Origin: Enoplolaimus lenunculus
Taxonomy: Eukaryota
Assembly (NCBI GenBank): GCA_030248215.1
Contig: JASANG010000753.1
Coordinates: forward strand, 62,001 to 126,000
Length of the DNA: 64,000 bases
Direction of reading: 5' to 3'
Part shown: piece after piece, positions 27,945-39,175 of the stretch
How the letters are laid out: each line of letters opens with the position of its first letter
How positions within the stretch are numbered: position 1 is the first letter of the stretch
Position numbers and translations under genes: made by a program
The notes under the pieces: generated by a model
Told to the model about the DNA's origin: nothing
Database searches by the model: none
Seen by the model: only the letters and a program-made list of their open reading frames with translations

Positions 27945-30900
27945 TAATAATAATAATAATAGTAATAATAATAATAATAGTAATAATAATAATTAATAAT
28001 AATAATAATAAATAATAATAATAATAGTAATAGTAAAAATAATAATAATTAATAATAATAATTAATAATAATAACAATCATTAATAATAATAAGAATAAC
28101 GTCGCCCGCCGTCACGCGGCACGGCAAAAAAAATATGCCGCGCGCTGCCGTGCGCTGCCGCGTGGCGCTGCAAAGCTTTTTATAAAAAAATTACCGCGCA
28201 CCACCAGCGGCAGCGAGCGGCAACGTGCGACGAAGAGCGATGGCGCGAGCCAACGCAACAATAATATTAAAAAATAACGCAATAATTAATAGCTTACATC
28301 AGCTTGTTGCTTTGCTTTTCCTGGATCAACATTGTGTGATTCTTCGCGTTCGGCCTAAAAACAATTCAAGCATCAAAAAAAACTTGTCTTTCTCAATTCG
28401 CAATTACTTTAACTCTGAGCTCATCAAACAACTTCGAATTTCAACGCTGAAAATATATATACGATTTTGCAAAACTTACACTAAAAATTTCAAACAGAAC
28501 AACATCAAAAACTAAATCCTTTTTACAAAATATGTACAGAAATGTTAGACTAAAGCATTAAGCATCATTTGTCATCAAAGGCCGTTAACGTTCCAAGCTT
28601 AGAGTTATTAAAACAAGTACCCCCATATCAGAATTCAGATTTCGTGCAGTCACCTTTTTTGCGTATAAATAGCCTATCCTGCCAAATGTTATGCCTGGGG
28701 TCGTAGCTAAGCGCGCGGGTGGCTCACCGCCCCTGGTAAACTTTTTAGCCCTCCTACAAAATTTTCAACTTTGCTTGTAAGTCATTGCAAACCCATGTAC
28801 ACTGTAAATTCCAATGAGTTAGTTAATCAACTCAGACGGAACGTTAGTTATTTCTGAGTTAATAACAGTAAACTTTAATTCACTCTGAGTTAACTTGATT
28901 CTCACTGTGAGTTGAGTTGACTCCGTGTGAATTGCTAAACTAAATCAGAATGAGTTGAATCAACTCAGAATTGTGAGTTCTGATAGTCCTAACTCAGACT
29001 GAGTGATTCAACTCATTTTGAGTTAAAATCAATTCACTGCAATTTATAGTGTATGCCTGTCCTGAAATAATTTTAGCACCCCCCAGCAAGGTGAACTGGC
29101 TACGGGCGTGGTTATGCCTCTGCCATCCTAGCAGAATCCTATGCCGACTAACCTTACACAGCGCTACCAGCAATTTTCGAAAGTTCCCTGACGTATCATC
29201 AATGACATCATCTGCCATTGATTTGTTGTACACTATAAAGTATAAATTGGCTGGGTTCCAGAGACATGACTTAAAATTCAATTTTGACTATAAAAGACGA
29301 CAATTGACTGAAACTTTTATATCCGGACTGCATTCAATAAACAAGTTCTGTTGCAAGTCTGTTCGATACATGCTGATTCCGGTGCCACATTCGAACTTCC
29401 GGACATGACTATGTAGTGAGATAACTATGTTGGCATGGAAATGCGTATTCATAGATACACATTTGACATTTTACCCTATGGCCGTATGCTCTAAATGTGT
29501 ATAGCACCGATTATCAGTTGGTGATAGGTCTTATAAGCTTCGAAGCAGTGAATACTGAGGCTCAAAATTTAGTACATTTCTCGCACATGATTAGCTATAC
29601 TCCAGTACCAATTTTGAGTTCAACAACTGCATGGAGACCAAAATGGTTCCAGGGGAGGGGAGCTGAGGTTTCCTTGGCACCCCTTGGCCAGGGGTTCGGC
29701 GCTGCAGCCGGAAAAATAGAATGCTTCAGCTTACAATGACGATAAGCCATAATAGCAGCTTTAATTTCGTCGTTTGTCCGACTGCACAAAATTTCAATCA
29801 GCGTTCCTTCGGTCGTCCCAAGTCCTTTCATTGCGCCGTACATTTCTTGAGCATCAAAATCGTCCGACGGCGCAAGAATCGCCACAACAATGGATTCGTC
29901 CAATCCTTTCAGCGCGTCCTTGAGTCGCTTTGTCATTTCCTGTAAAGAAATATTAATTTTACGATGGAAATTCAAATTTTTATTTTTAATACGTTGTCGT
30001 GTCGTAACTTTATGAGTAAAAGTATTAATTGTGGTACAACTCGGTTACAGGAACACAGCGAGTTTGGAATTCTACAAGCTACTGAATGTTACAGGGTTCA
30101 CAAGTGGAGCTAAAACTTTGCTAAGGGGACTGAAAATTTTGCTATTCGGGCTTACCCCCTTAGCCCATGTGTCCAATTTGTCTATGGGGCATGGAAATAG
30201 CAATATCTAAGTCAAGGAAATTAAAAACAGTAAAACAGTTTGCATGGCTGTGTAGCTGAGTGGTAAAGTATAGGATTGGTAATCCCGTTGGTTGCGGGAT
30301 CCATCCCTGCCGTACGCAATCAAAACTTAGTATTCCACAGGTATATACTCTATATACCAATGGTACTACATTAATTAATCATTTTAGTTTTGGTATTTAA
30401 TGCAGTTTGTAGAGCTGAGTTCAATGCTTGTAAATATTTTGAAATCAGACGATTGGTTAACGAGTTATTGTCAAATAACTGATTTGGCGCGCTGCCAACG
30501 ATTTGGGTTGGCGCCAAATCAGTTATTTGACCATAATTCGTTAACCAACCGTCTGATTGCAAAAAATTTAACACCGCTAGTCTCAACTCCGCAAACTGCG
30601 TCGGATGGTATAAAATTTGTGAAAGTTTTTGGATAAAAAAATTTTTGGGTCCCAAGGAGGACCTCGGGACCTTAAAAAGTCGAATTTTTCAAAAATTCAA
30701 ATTTGGGTGTGAAATAATGTTCAGGGCGAATCATGAGAAGCTCAAATATGCATCAAAATCCCACCACTTTTGGGCAAACGCGGGCTATGGGGATAACCAA
30801 AAAAACCCCTGTCTCCAAGCCGCCCGTCGCCGCTAACTGCCGCACAGGACCGTCCGGCACCACGCTTCAAAAGTTATTAGCATTCCACGCGGCGACATAC

Positions 30901-33900
30901 ATGGCGAGTATAGCGCAACCATTCTTACTTCTTGGAACATGGCTTTGTACGCTTTTTTGATTTCCTGTCGGTGTTTGTTTGATCGATGACAAAGGATTTT
31001 GAATATCGCTTCATCGTCGTATTTGTCTAAAAAATAAAAATAAACAAACAAATATATCTAAATATATTAAATATATATAAATAAATATAGAAAAAATAAA
31101 TAAAAATAATTGAGTGCACTAATGACTGGTTTCAGGTTTTCATATGTGCTTAGAGAAGTTGGTGACATTTTCTTTGAACCAAGTTGTTGAACCCAAAATT
31201 TTACACAGGCGAAAACTCAAATTTTGTCTATAGCAGTCAACAGGCAAATTCGTACAAGTTTGTAAAATTCTATACGGGGCCGTATTCGAGAGACGGGCCA
31301 GGGGTTGCTCAGCCCTTCTGGAGAAGTTTTGGTCCCCTAGAAAATTTTCAACCTTGCTTGTAAGCCAACAAAAAGCGTTGTATGGCCCTTCTGGAAAATT
31401 TTCAACCTTGCTTGTAAGCCAACAAAAAGCGTTGTATGGCCCTTCTGGAAAATTTTCAACCTTGCTTGTAAGCCAACAAAAAGCGTTGTATGGCCCTTCT
31501 GGAAAATTTTCAACCTTGCTTGTAAGCCAACAAAAAGCGTTGTATGGCCCTTCTGGAAAATTTTCAACCTTGCTTGTAAGCCAACAAAAAGCGTTGTATG
31601 GCCCTTCTGGAAAATTTTCAACCTTGCTTGTAAGCCAACAAAAAGCGTTGTATGGCCCTTCTGGAAAATTTTCAACCTTGCTTGTAAGCCAACAAAAAGC
31701 GTTGTATGGCCCTTCTGGAAAATTTTCAACCTTGCTTGTAAGCCAACAAAAAGCGTTGTATGGCCCTTCTGGAAAATTTTCAACCTTGCTTGTAAGCCAA
31801 CAAAAAGCGTTGTATGGCCCTTCTGGAAAATTTTCAACCTTGCTTGTAAGCCAACAAAAAGCGTTGTATGGCCCTTCTGGAAAATTTTCAACCTTGCTTG
31901 TAAGCCAACAAAAAGCGTTGTATGGCCCTTCCGGAAAATTTTCAACCTTGCTTGTAAGCCAACAAAAAGCGTTGTATGGCCCTTCTGGAAAATTTTCAAC
32001 CTTGCTTGTAAGCCAACAAAAAGCGTTGTATGGCCCTTCTGGAAAATTTTCAACCTTGCTTGTAAGCCAACAAAAAGCGTTGTATGGCCCTTCTGGAAAT
32101 TTTTCAACCTTGCTTGTAAGCCAACAAAAAGCGTTGTATGGCCCTTCTGGAAAATTTTCAACCTTGCTTGTAAGCCAACAAAAAGCGTTGTATGGCCCTT
32201 CTGGAAAAATTTCAACCTTGCTTGTAAGACAACAAAAAGCGTTGTATGGCCCTTCTTGAAAATTTTCAACCTTGCTTGTAAGCCAACAAAAAGCGTTGTA
32301 TGGCCCTTCTGGAAAATTTTCAACCTTGCTTGTAAGCCAACAAAAAGCGTTGTATGGCCCTTCTGGAAAATTTTCAACCTTGCTTGTAAGCCAACAAAAA
32401 GCGTTGTATGGCCCTTCTGGAAAATTTTCAACCTTGCTTGTAAGCCAACAAAAAGCGTTGTATGGCCCTTCTGGAAAATTTTCAACCTTGCTTGTAAGCC
32501 AACAAAAAGCGTTGTATGGCCCTTCTGGAAAATTTTCAACCTTGCTTGTAAGCCAACAAAAAGCGTTGTATGGCCCTCCTGGAAAATTTTCAACCTTGCT
32601 TGTAAGCCAACAAAAAGCCTTGTAAGCTCCCAAAGCAAGGTGAGCTTGCTACGGGCCTGATGTTATAGATCAGTTCTAAAATATGCTACATTACCAAATT
32701 TTCCCACATTTGAAGTTTGATTGGAGCCGTTGTGTCTGGATATCATCGGCCACTAAAAGAACCACAAGTATTAATATAAGGTCGACAACTGCGACAATTT
32801 TATTTAAAATCATTTTCTGTTCAACAACAGAGTTCAATATTTAAAAATTTAATGGCCGATGTATAACAGGGGCGGAACAGTATTATAAGCATATTCGTAA
32901 TCCTAAGCCTAAACCTAAGCGTAAGAATGAGCATATTCCTAAGCCTAAGCCTAAGCCTAAGCCTAAACCTAAGCGTAAGAATGAGCATATTCCTAAGCCT
33001 AAGCCTAAGCCTAAGCGTAAACCTAAGCGTAAGAATGAGCATATTCCTAAGCCTAAGCCTAAGCCTAAGCCCAAACCTAATCGTAAGAATGAGCATATTC
33101 CTAAGCCTAAGCCTACGCGTAAGCGTAAGAATGAGCATATTCTTAAGCCTAAGCCTAAGCGTAAAGCGTAAGAATGAGCATATTCTTAAGCCTAAGCCTA
33201 AGCGTAAGCGTAAGAATGAGCATATTTCTAAAAGCCTAAGCCTAAGCCAAGCAAAAAAATTAGTCTAAAGCTTAAGCTTACTCTATTGCAGTCCCACAGA
33301 AAACCGTTCCGCCCCTGATCTTTACATGGACCAAAAAATTCAACAACAAAATTACGTTTATTTGCATCGCCAGCAACGATGAGATCGTGGATTGCTTGCG
33401 CGTCCTGTTTTGCGTCATGATGTGGATGATGTCGTACCGTTCCACGTACCTGTCATATAAACGCCTGTATTCTCAAATGTATGTAGCACCAAGTATGGAT
33501 GATCACTTGTTAACAAGAGTGTGCAACTATCGAAATTTGTGTCCTACAAACCGAATTTGATTCAGACAGAGTCGAATTTTGACTCAGTTCGTGTAGTCAG
33601 GAAAAGCCTATTTCGGAGAGAGTTAATTTGATTCATCATTTTTTGCAGTGTACACCACCCGGCGTTGCGTTTTTGGTCGACTCCGCCAATGTGTATGGAG
33701 GTCCACGGTAACGTAATAAATGGGGAGGGGAATACTTTGCTAGAAAATATTATACGAAAACAGACCCCTCTAAAAATAAGTGGGATCGGTGAAAAATGCA
33801 ACGTGCGCTGGGTACATTGTTTTATACACAGAATGTACGCAGTTACACACTCTTGTTTTATCATTTTACTCTTAGTAGCACCTATTGCCAGTTGGTGATA

Positions 33901-36900
33901 GGTTTTGTAACTTTGGAACCCGTGAATGATGACGTTTGAAATTCCGCATATTTTCGCATTTGATTTGTTCTACTTCTGCATCAATTTTGAGATCCGCAAT
34001 TGCTGCAGTTCGTCAGTTTGAAAACCTATCGCTAACTGGTGATATAAACCGTATATACGCATTTGAGAACACTGGCCAAACTCACAAATTTTTTAGAAAA
34101 TATTTTTTCAAGCTATTAAAATTCAACTAAAATTAGAAAATATTATTTAGAATTTCAACAACCAGTGCCGCCGGAAGCAAAATAATATTGGACGGGGGCT
34201 CGTCAAACGCAGCAGACATCCGTCAGCAAATTGATCGGAGTATACGATCAGATTGAAACGACTGCCTCTACACTACACATCTAAGAACTTAATTGGGTGT
34301 GGAATGATCAGGTGAGGTCATGAAAAGCTCAAATATTCAAAAAACATTTTGCATCATTTTTAGGCGAATATTGGTAAACAAACCCTAAATTACATCTAAG
34401 AACTTAATTAATTGTGGAATGATCAGGCGAAGTCATGAAAAGCTCAAATATTCAAAAAACATTTTGCATCATTTTTAGGCGAATATTGGTAAACAAACCC
34501 TAAATTACATCTAAGAACTTAATTGGGTGTGGAATGATCAGGTGAGGTCATGAAAAGCTCAAATATTCAAAAAACATTTTGCATCATTTTTAGGCGAATA
34601 TTGGTAAACAAACCCTAAATTACATCTAAAAAACTTAGTTAAATCGGAAAGGCCAAGCGAAGCATGAAAAGCTCAAATATTCAAAAAACATTTTGCATCA
34701 TTTTTAGGCGAATGGAAACAACCCTAACAAGAACTTAATTAATTGTGGAATGATCAAGCGAAGTCATGAAAAGCTCAAATATTCAAAAAACATTTTGCAT
34801 CATTTTTAGGCGAATATTGGTAAACAAACCCTAAATTACATCTAAGAACTTAATTAATTGTGGAATGATCAGGCGAAGTCATGAAAAGCTCAAATATTCA
34901 AAAAACATTTTGCATCATTTTTAGGCGAATATTGGTAAACAAACCCTAAATTACATCTAAGAACTTAATTAATTGTGGAATGATCAAGCGAAGTCATGAA
35001 AAGCTCAAATATTCAAAAAACATTTTGCATCATTTTTAGGCGAATATTGGTAAAAAACCCTAATACATCAAGAACTAAGGGACGGGGGAAACCGCGAAAA
35101 AAACAAAACAAACACAAAACTCTCACCAACAAAAAACAAACCTAAATTACATCTAAGAGCTTAATCGGGTGTGGAATGATCAGGAGATGTCATGAATAGC
35201 ACCAATATTCAAAAAACATTTTGCATCATTTTTAGGCGAATATTGGTAAACAAACCCTAAATTACATCTAAGAACTTAATTAATTGTGGAATGATCAAGC
35301 GAAGTCATGAAAAGCTCAAATATTCAAAAAACATTTTGCATCATTTTTAGGCGAATATTGGTAAACAAACCCTAAATTACATCTAAGAACTTAATTAATT
35401 GTGGAATGATCAAGCGAAGTCATGAAAAGCTCAAATATTCAAAAAACATTTTGCATCATTTTTAGGCGAATATTGGTAAACAAACCCTAAATTACATCTA
35501 AGAACTTAATTAATTGTGGAATGATCAAGCGAAGTCATGAAAAGCTCAAATATTCAAAAAACATTTTGCATCATTTTTAGGCGAATATTGGTAAACAAAC
35601 CCTAAATTACATCTAAGAACTTAATTAATTGTGGAATGATCAGGCGAAGTCATGAAAAGCTCAAATATTCAAAAAACATTTTGCATCATTTTTAGGCGAA
35701 TATTGGTAAACAAACCCTAAATTACATCTAAGAGCTTAATTGGGTGTGGAATGATCAGGTGAGGTCATGAAAAGCTCAAATATTCAAAAAACATTTTGCA
35801 TCATTTTTAGGCGAATATTGGTAAACAAACCCTAAATTACATCTAAGAACTTAATTGGGTGTGGAATGATCAGGCGAAGTCATGAAAAGCTCAAATATTC
35901 AAAAAACATTTTTGCATCATTTTTAGGCGAATATTGGGAAACAAACCCTAAATTACATCTAAGAACTTAATTAATTGTGGAATGATCAAGCGAAGTCATG
36001 AAAAGCTCAAATATTCAAAAAACATTTTGCATCATTTTTAGGCGAATATTGGTAAACAAACCCTAAATTACATCTAAGAACTTAATTGGGTGTGGAATGA
36101 TCAGGTGAGGTCATGAAAAGCTCAAATATTCAAAAAACATTTTGCATCATTTTTAGGCGAATATTGGTAAACAAACCCTAAATTACATCTAAGAACTTAA
36201 TTAATTGTGGAATGATCAAGCGAAGTCATGAAAAGCTCAAATATTCAAAAAACATTTTGCATCATTTTTAGGCGAATATTGGTAAACAAACCCTAAATTA
36301 CATCTAAGAGCTTAATTGAACTTAATTATGTGTGGAATGATCAGGCGAAGCCATGAAAAGCTCAAATATTCAAAAAACATTTTGCATCATTTTTAGGCGA
36401 ATATTGGTGAAACAAACCCTAAATTACATCTAAGAACTTAATTAATTGTGGATGTGCGGTCCAACTTCCTTTTGCGTATTACAACCCTATATTAGTTAAG
36501 TTTGGCGCCCTACCCATGTGGAATGATCAGGCACAAAAACAAAAACACAAACAAAAAACAAACCCAAACAAACAATGCAGAGTCATGAAAAGCTCAAATA
36601 TTCAAAAAACATTTTGCATCATTTTTAGGCGAATATTGGTAAACAAACCCTAAATTACATCTAAGAACTTAATTAATTGTGGAATGATCAAGCGAAGTCA
36701 TGAAAAGCTCAAATATTCAAAAAACATTTTGCATCATTTTTAGGCGAATATTGGTAAACAAACCCTAAATTACATCTAAGAACTTAATTAATTGTGGAAT
36801 GATCAAGCGAAGTCATGAAAAGCTCAAATATTCAAAAAACATTTTGCATCATTTTTAGGCGAATATTGGTAAACAAACCCTAAATTACATCTAAGAGCTT

Positions 36901-37734
36901 AATTGGGTGTGGAATGATCAATAGAATACATGAAAAGAAAAAAAAAAAAAAAAACATTTTGCATCATTTTTAGGAGAATATTGGTAAACAAACCCTAAAT
37001 TACATCTAAGAACTTAATTTTTTGTGGAATGATCATGTGATGTCATGAAAAGCTCAAATATTCAAAAAACATTTTGCATCATTTTTAGGCGAATATTGGT
37101 AAACAAACCCTAAATTACATCTAAGAACTTAATTGGGTGTGGAATGATCAGGTGAGGTCATGAAAAGCTCAAATATTCAAAAAACATTTTGCATCATTTT
37201 TAGGCGAATATTGGTAAACAAACCCTAAATTACATCTAAGAACTTAATTGGGTGTGGAATGATCAGGTGAGGTCATGAAAAGCTCAAATATTCAAAAAAC
37301 ATTTTGCATCATTTTTAGGCGAATATTGGTAAACAAACCCTAAATTACATCTAAGAACTTAATTAATTGTGGAATGACAGAAAGATCAGGGAGGCAGAAA
37401 AGCTCAAATATTCAAAAAACATTTTGCATCATTTTACACCACAAACATAGGCGCGATTAATGAAACAAACCCTAACCCTACATTGGCCTACCAAACAAAA
37501 AACACATCATAGCGAATAAAACAAACTAATACATATATAAACAAACCCTAAATTACATCTAAGAACTTAATTAATTGTGGAATGATCAGGTGAGGTCATG
37601 AAAAGCTCAAATATTCAAAAAACATTTTGCATCATTTTTAGGCAAACGTTAATAAAAACCCTAAATTGTACCTTATTAACCGAATGATAGCCAAATTCGT
37701 ACGAATACGTTGTGCGGCATCGTATTTCATCCAT
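25066..37734 (-). CDS. Annexin (paralogue A), 10 coding exons, 343 aa
   Basis: Exons (minus): 37672-37734 (MDEIRC...VNK, least certain), 33356-33449, 30929-31026, 29735-29939, 29153-29232, 28298-28354, 27685-27874, 26759-26817, 26045-26170, 25066-25125; GT-AG, phase-consistent (1032 nt). Motifs VRGTV, MKGLGTTEGTLIEILCSR, DDTSGNF, GEKKWGTDE, PGYFAERI, VVSRSEKDM. Confidence 0.92.
25598..25941. mobile_element. hAT-like MITE
   Basis: CAGGG...CCCTG termini with perfect 8-bp TSD TTAAATAT. Confidence 0.75.
26214..26354. repeat. (TA)n-rich microsatellite
   Basis: Directly visible; a similar TA/TATG tract lies at 38512-38607. Confidence 0.9.
27881..28098. repeat. (AAT)n microsatellite
   Basis: About 220 bp imperfect AAT run abutting an annexin splice acceptor. 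Confidence 0.9.
28696..29110. mobile_element. hAT-like MITE (GGCCCGTAGC family) with a nested CACTA-like MITE (28800-29051)
   Basis: Perfect 8-bp TSD GTTATGCC; homologous copies at 44962-45127, about 25245-25417, 39273-39420, 45470-45600 and 31275-32659. Confidence 0.7.
30400..30610. repeat. Long imperfect palindrome (foldback element)
   Basis: AATCAGACGATTGGTTAACGAGTTAT...TGATTTGGCGC pairs with GCGCCAAATCAG...TCGTTAACCAACCGTCTGATT around a centre near 30500. Confidence 0.7.
31340..32626. repeat. 54-bp tandem minisatellite, about 24 near-identical copies, in an annexin A intron
   Basis: Unit GGAAAATTTTCAACCTTGCTTGTAAGCCAACAAAAAGCGTTGTATGGCCCTTCT. Confidence 0.97.
32854..33332. mobile_element. 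(GCCTAA)n-containing MITE with internally expanded subunits
   Basis: Termini GGCCGATGTATAACAGGGGCGGAAC / GTTCCGCCCCTGATCTTTACATGGACC; about 6-7 repeats of (GCCTAA)n-GCGTAAGAATGAGCATATTC. Confidence 0.75.
34278..37665. repeat. 115-bp tandem satellite, about 29 units, in annexin A intron 1
   Basis: CATCTAAG recurs at 34278, 34393, 34508 (115 bp period); two interspersed variants (TTGGGTGTGG..GGTGAGG vs TTAATTGTGG..AGCGAAG). Confidence 0.95.
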
Positions 37735-39007
37735 TACTGATCCGTACAATAACAACACTGATTAAAATGTTGAACAGTAAACCGAAATTTATTTAAGCGA
37801 AACGTTAAATCGAATAATTTAAAAGTATTTTAATTTTCACAATATCAACTGTAAATGACAATAAAATTGCAAAAATCAGCAAAAACACTGGTTTAGCGGC
37901 ACAAATCAAACGGATATTTAGCACAAATTGAACCTCTTGTATTATCCCATCCACCGTGTACGCTTAGGTTTAAGAAGCATTAGGCTTACGAAAATGCGTA
38001 CTTATGCCTAAGTTTTTTTGATTAATCGTTTACCTAAACCTAAACAGCAACATCTAATTTAATTGGCAAAATGAACCCAAATTCAATCTAAATCGTTTAA
38101 TTTATCGCTGCCAAATAAACACGCTACCGTACGGGAACCAGGCTCCATGTATACAACAGGGCCGGATCGTTTTCCGGCGAAGCTGTAAAAGAATTAGTTT
38201 AAGCGTTAGACAAACTTTTTTGCTTAGGCTTAGGCTTAGGATAGGAAATAGGCTAAACCTTACGCTTAGGCATAGGCTTAGCCTTAGGAACATGCATATA
38301 CTACTGTTCCGGCCCTGTTCTATACATGGGCGAGAACCAGGGTCGTATATAAAACGAGGTATAAGCTTTCAAGTTGAAGGTTTTATCTTTAAAGGCGAAT
38401 AGTGTAAAAGTATTACAATGTGGCTAAAAGTGAATGTAAAGTTTCTCGAACCCAACAAATCGACAAATATTTCTGAATTCGTTTTAAATACAAATTTTAC
38501 ACTCATTTTACTATATATGTATATATACATATGTATGTATATATGTATACATACATATATGTATGTATATATGTATATATACATATATGTATGTATATAT
38601 GTATATAGACCTGTTGTATAATAATATATTTGAGTCACAGATAGAAACTTCTCGAGATACGTTGAAAAATTATAGTTCAAAATCGTTTAGAGAATACAGC
38701 AAAGTTGTTTTTGTCCGTCTAAATTTACAAAAAACTGCTACAAGGAAGTTTTTTTCAATAAATATACAGTCATTTAGCAGTAGTTTCATATTAGTAATTT
38801 TTAAATGCGTCATTATGTGAGAGTATTGGAGACGCTATGACGACATAGAGGCAGGGTCGGAGCAACCACTCCCTCATACCCCGAGTTGCGGGGGGAAGGC
38901 CGCAGCCCGAAAAGGGGCCCACGACAGTGAAGAAGATTTTAAATAAAAAATTTGAAAAATATTTTGATCATCGCAACGGGCCTGCATCCTGGATTTTTTG
39001 GGGTGGG

Positions 39008-39175
39008 CACCATAGCCTGTTCCGGAAGTGCATAGGGGCGTACCGAGGGTGGTCCCGGGTGGTCACAATAGCCTGTTCCGGAACTGCGTAGGGGCGTACC
39101 GAGAGTGGCCCCGGGTGATCACAACAGCCTGTTCCGGAACTGCATAGGGGCGTACCGAGATTGATCCCGGGTGGA
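39008..39175. repeat. Three tandem copies of an about 56-bp GC-rich unit
   Basis: AGCCTGTTCCGGAA.TGC.TAGGGGCGTACCGAG at about 39014, 39070 and 39127. Confidence 0.85.

Noticed and set aside
31140..32660. Long 300-500 aa ORFs on both strands
   Set aside because: Artefacts of the 54-bp (18-codon) tandem repeat inside an intron.
32890..33250. Telomere or telomere-fusion site
   Set aside because: GCCTAA runs are short, interrupted and bounded by MITE TIRs.
35060..37540. A/C-rich unique inserts within the 115-bp satellite (about 35060-35140, 36450-36580, 37380-37540)
   Set aside because: They look like garbled versions of the unit, typical of noisy long-read consensus, rather than real spacers.
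31340..37665. CRISPR array
   Set aside because: Units are contiguous with no unique spacers, there are no cas genes, and the context is eukaryotic introns; the same applies to the 60-bp array.
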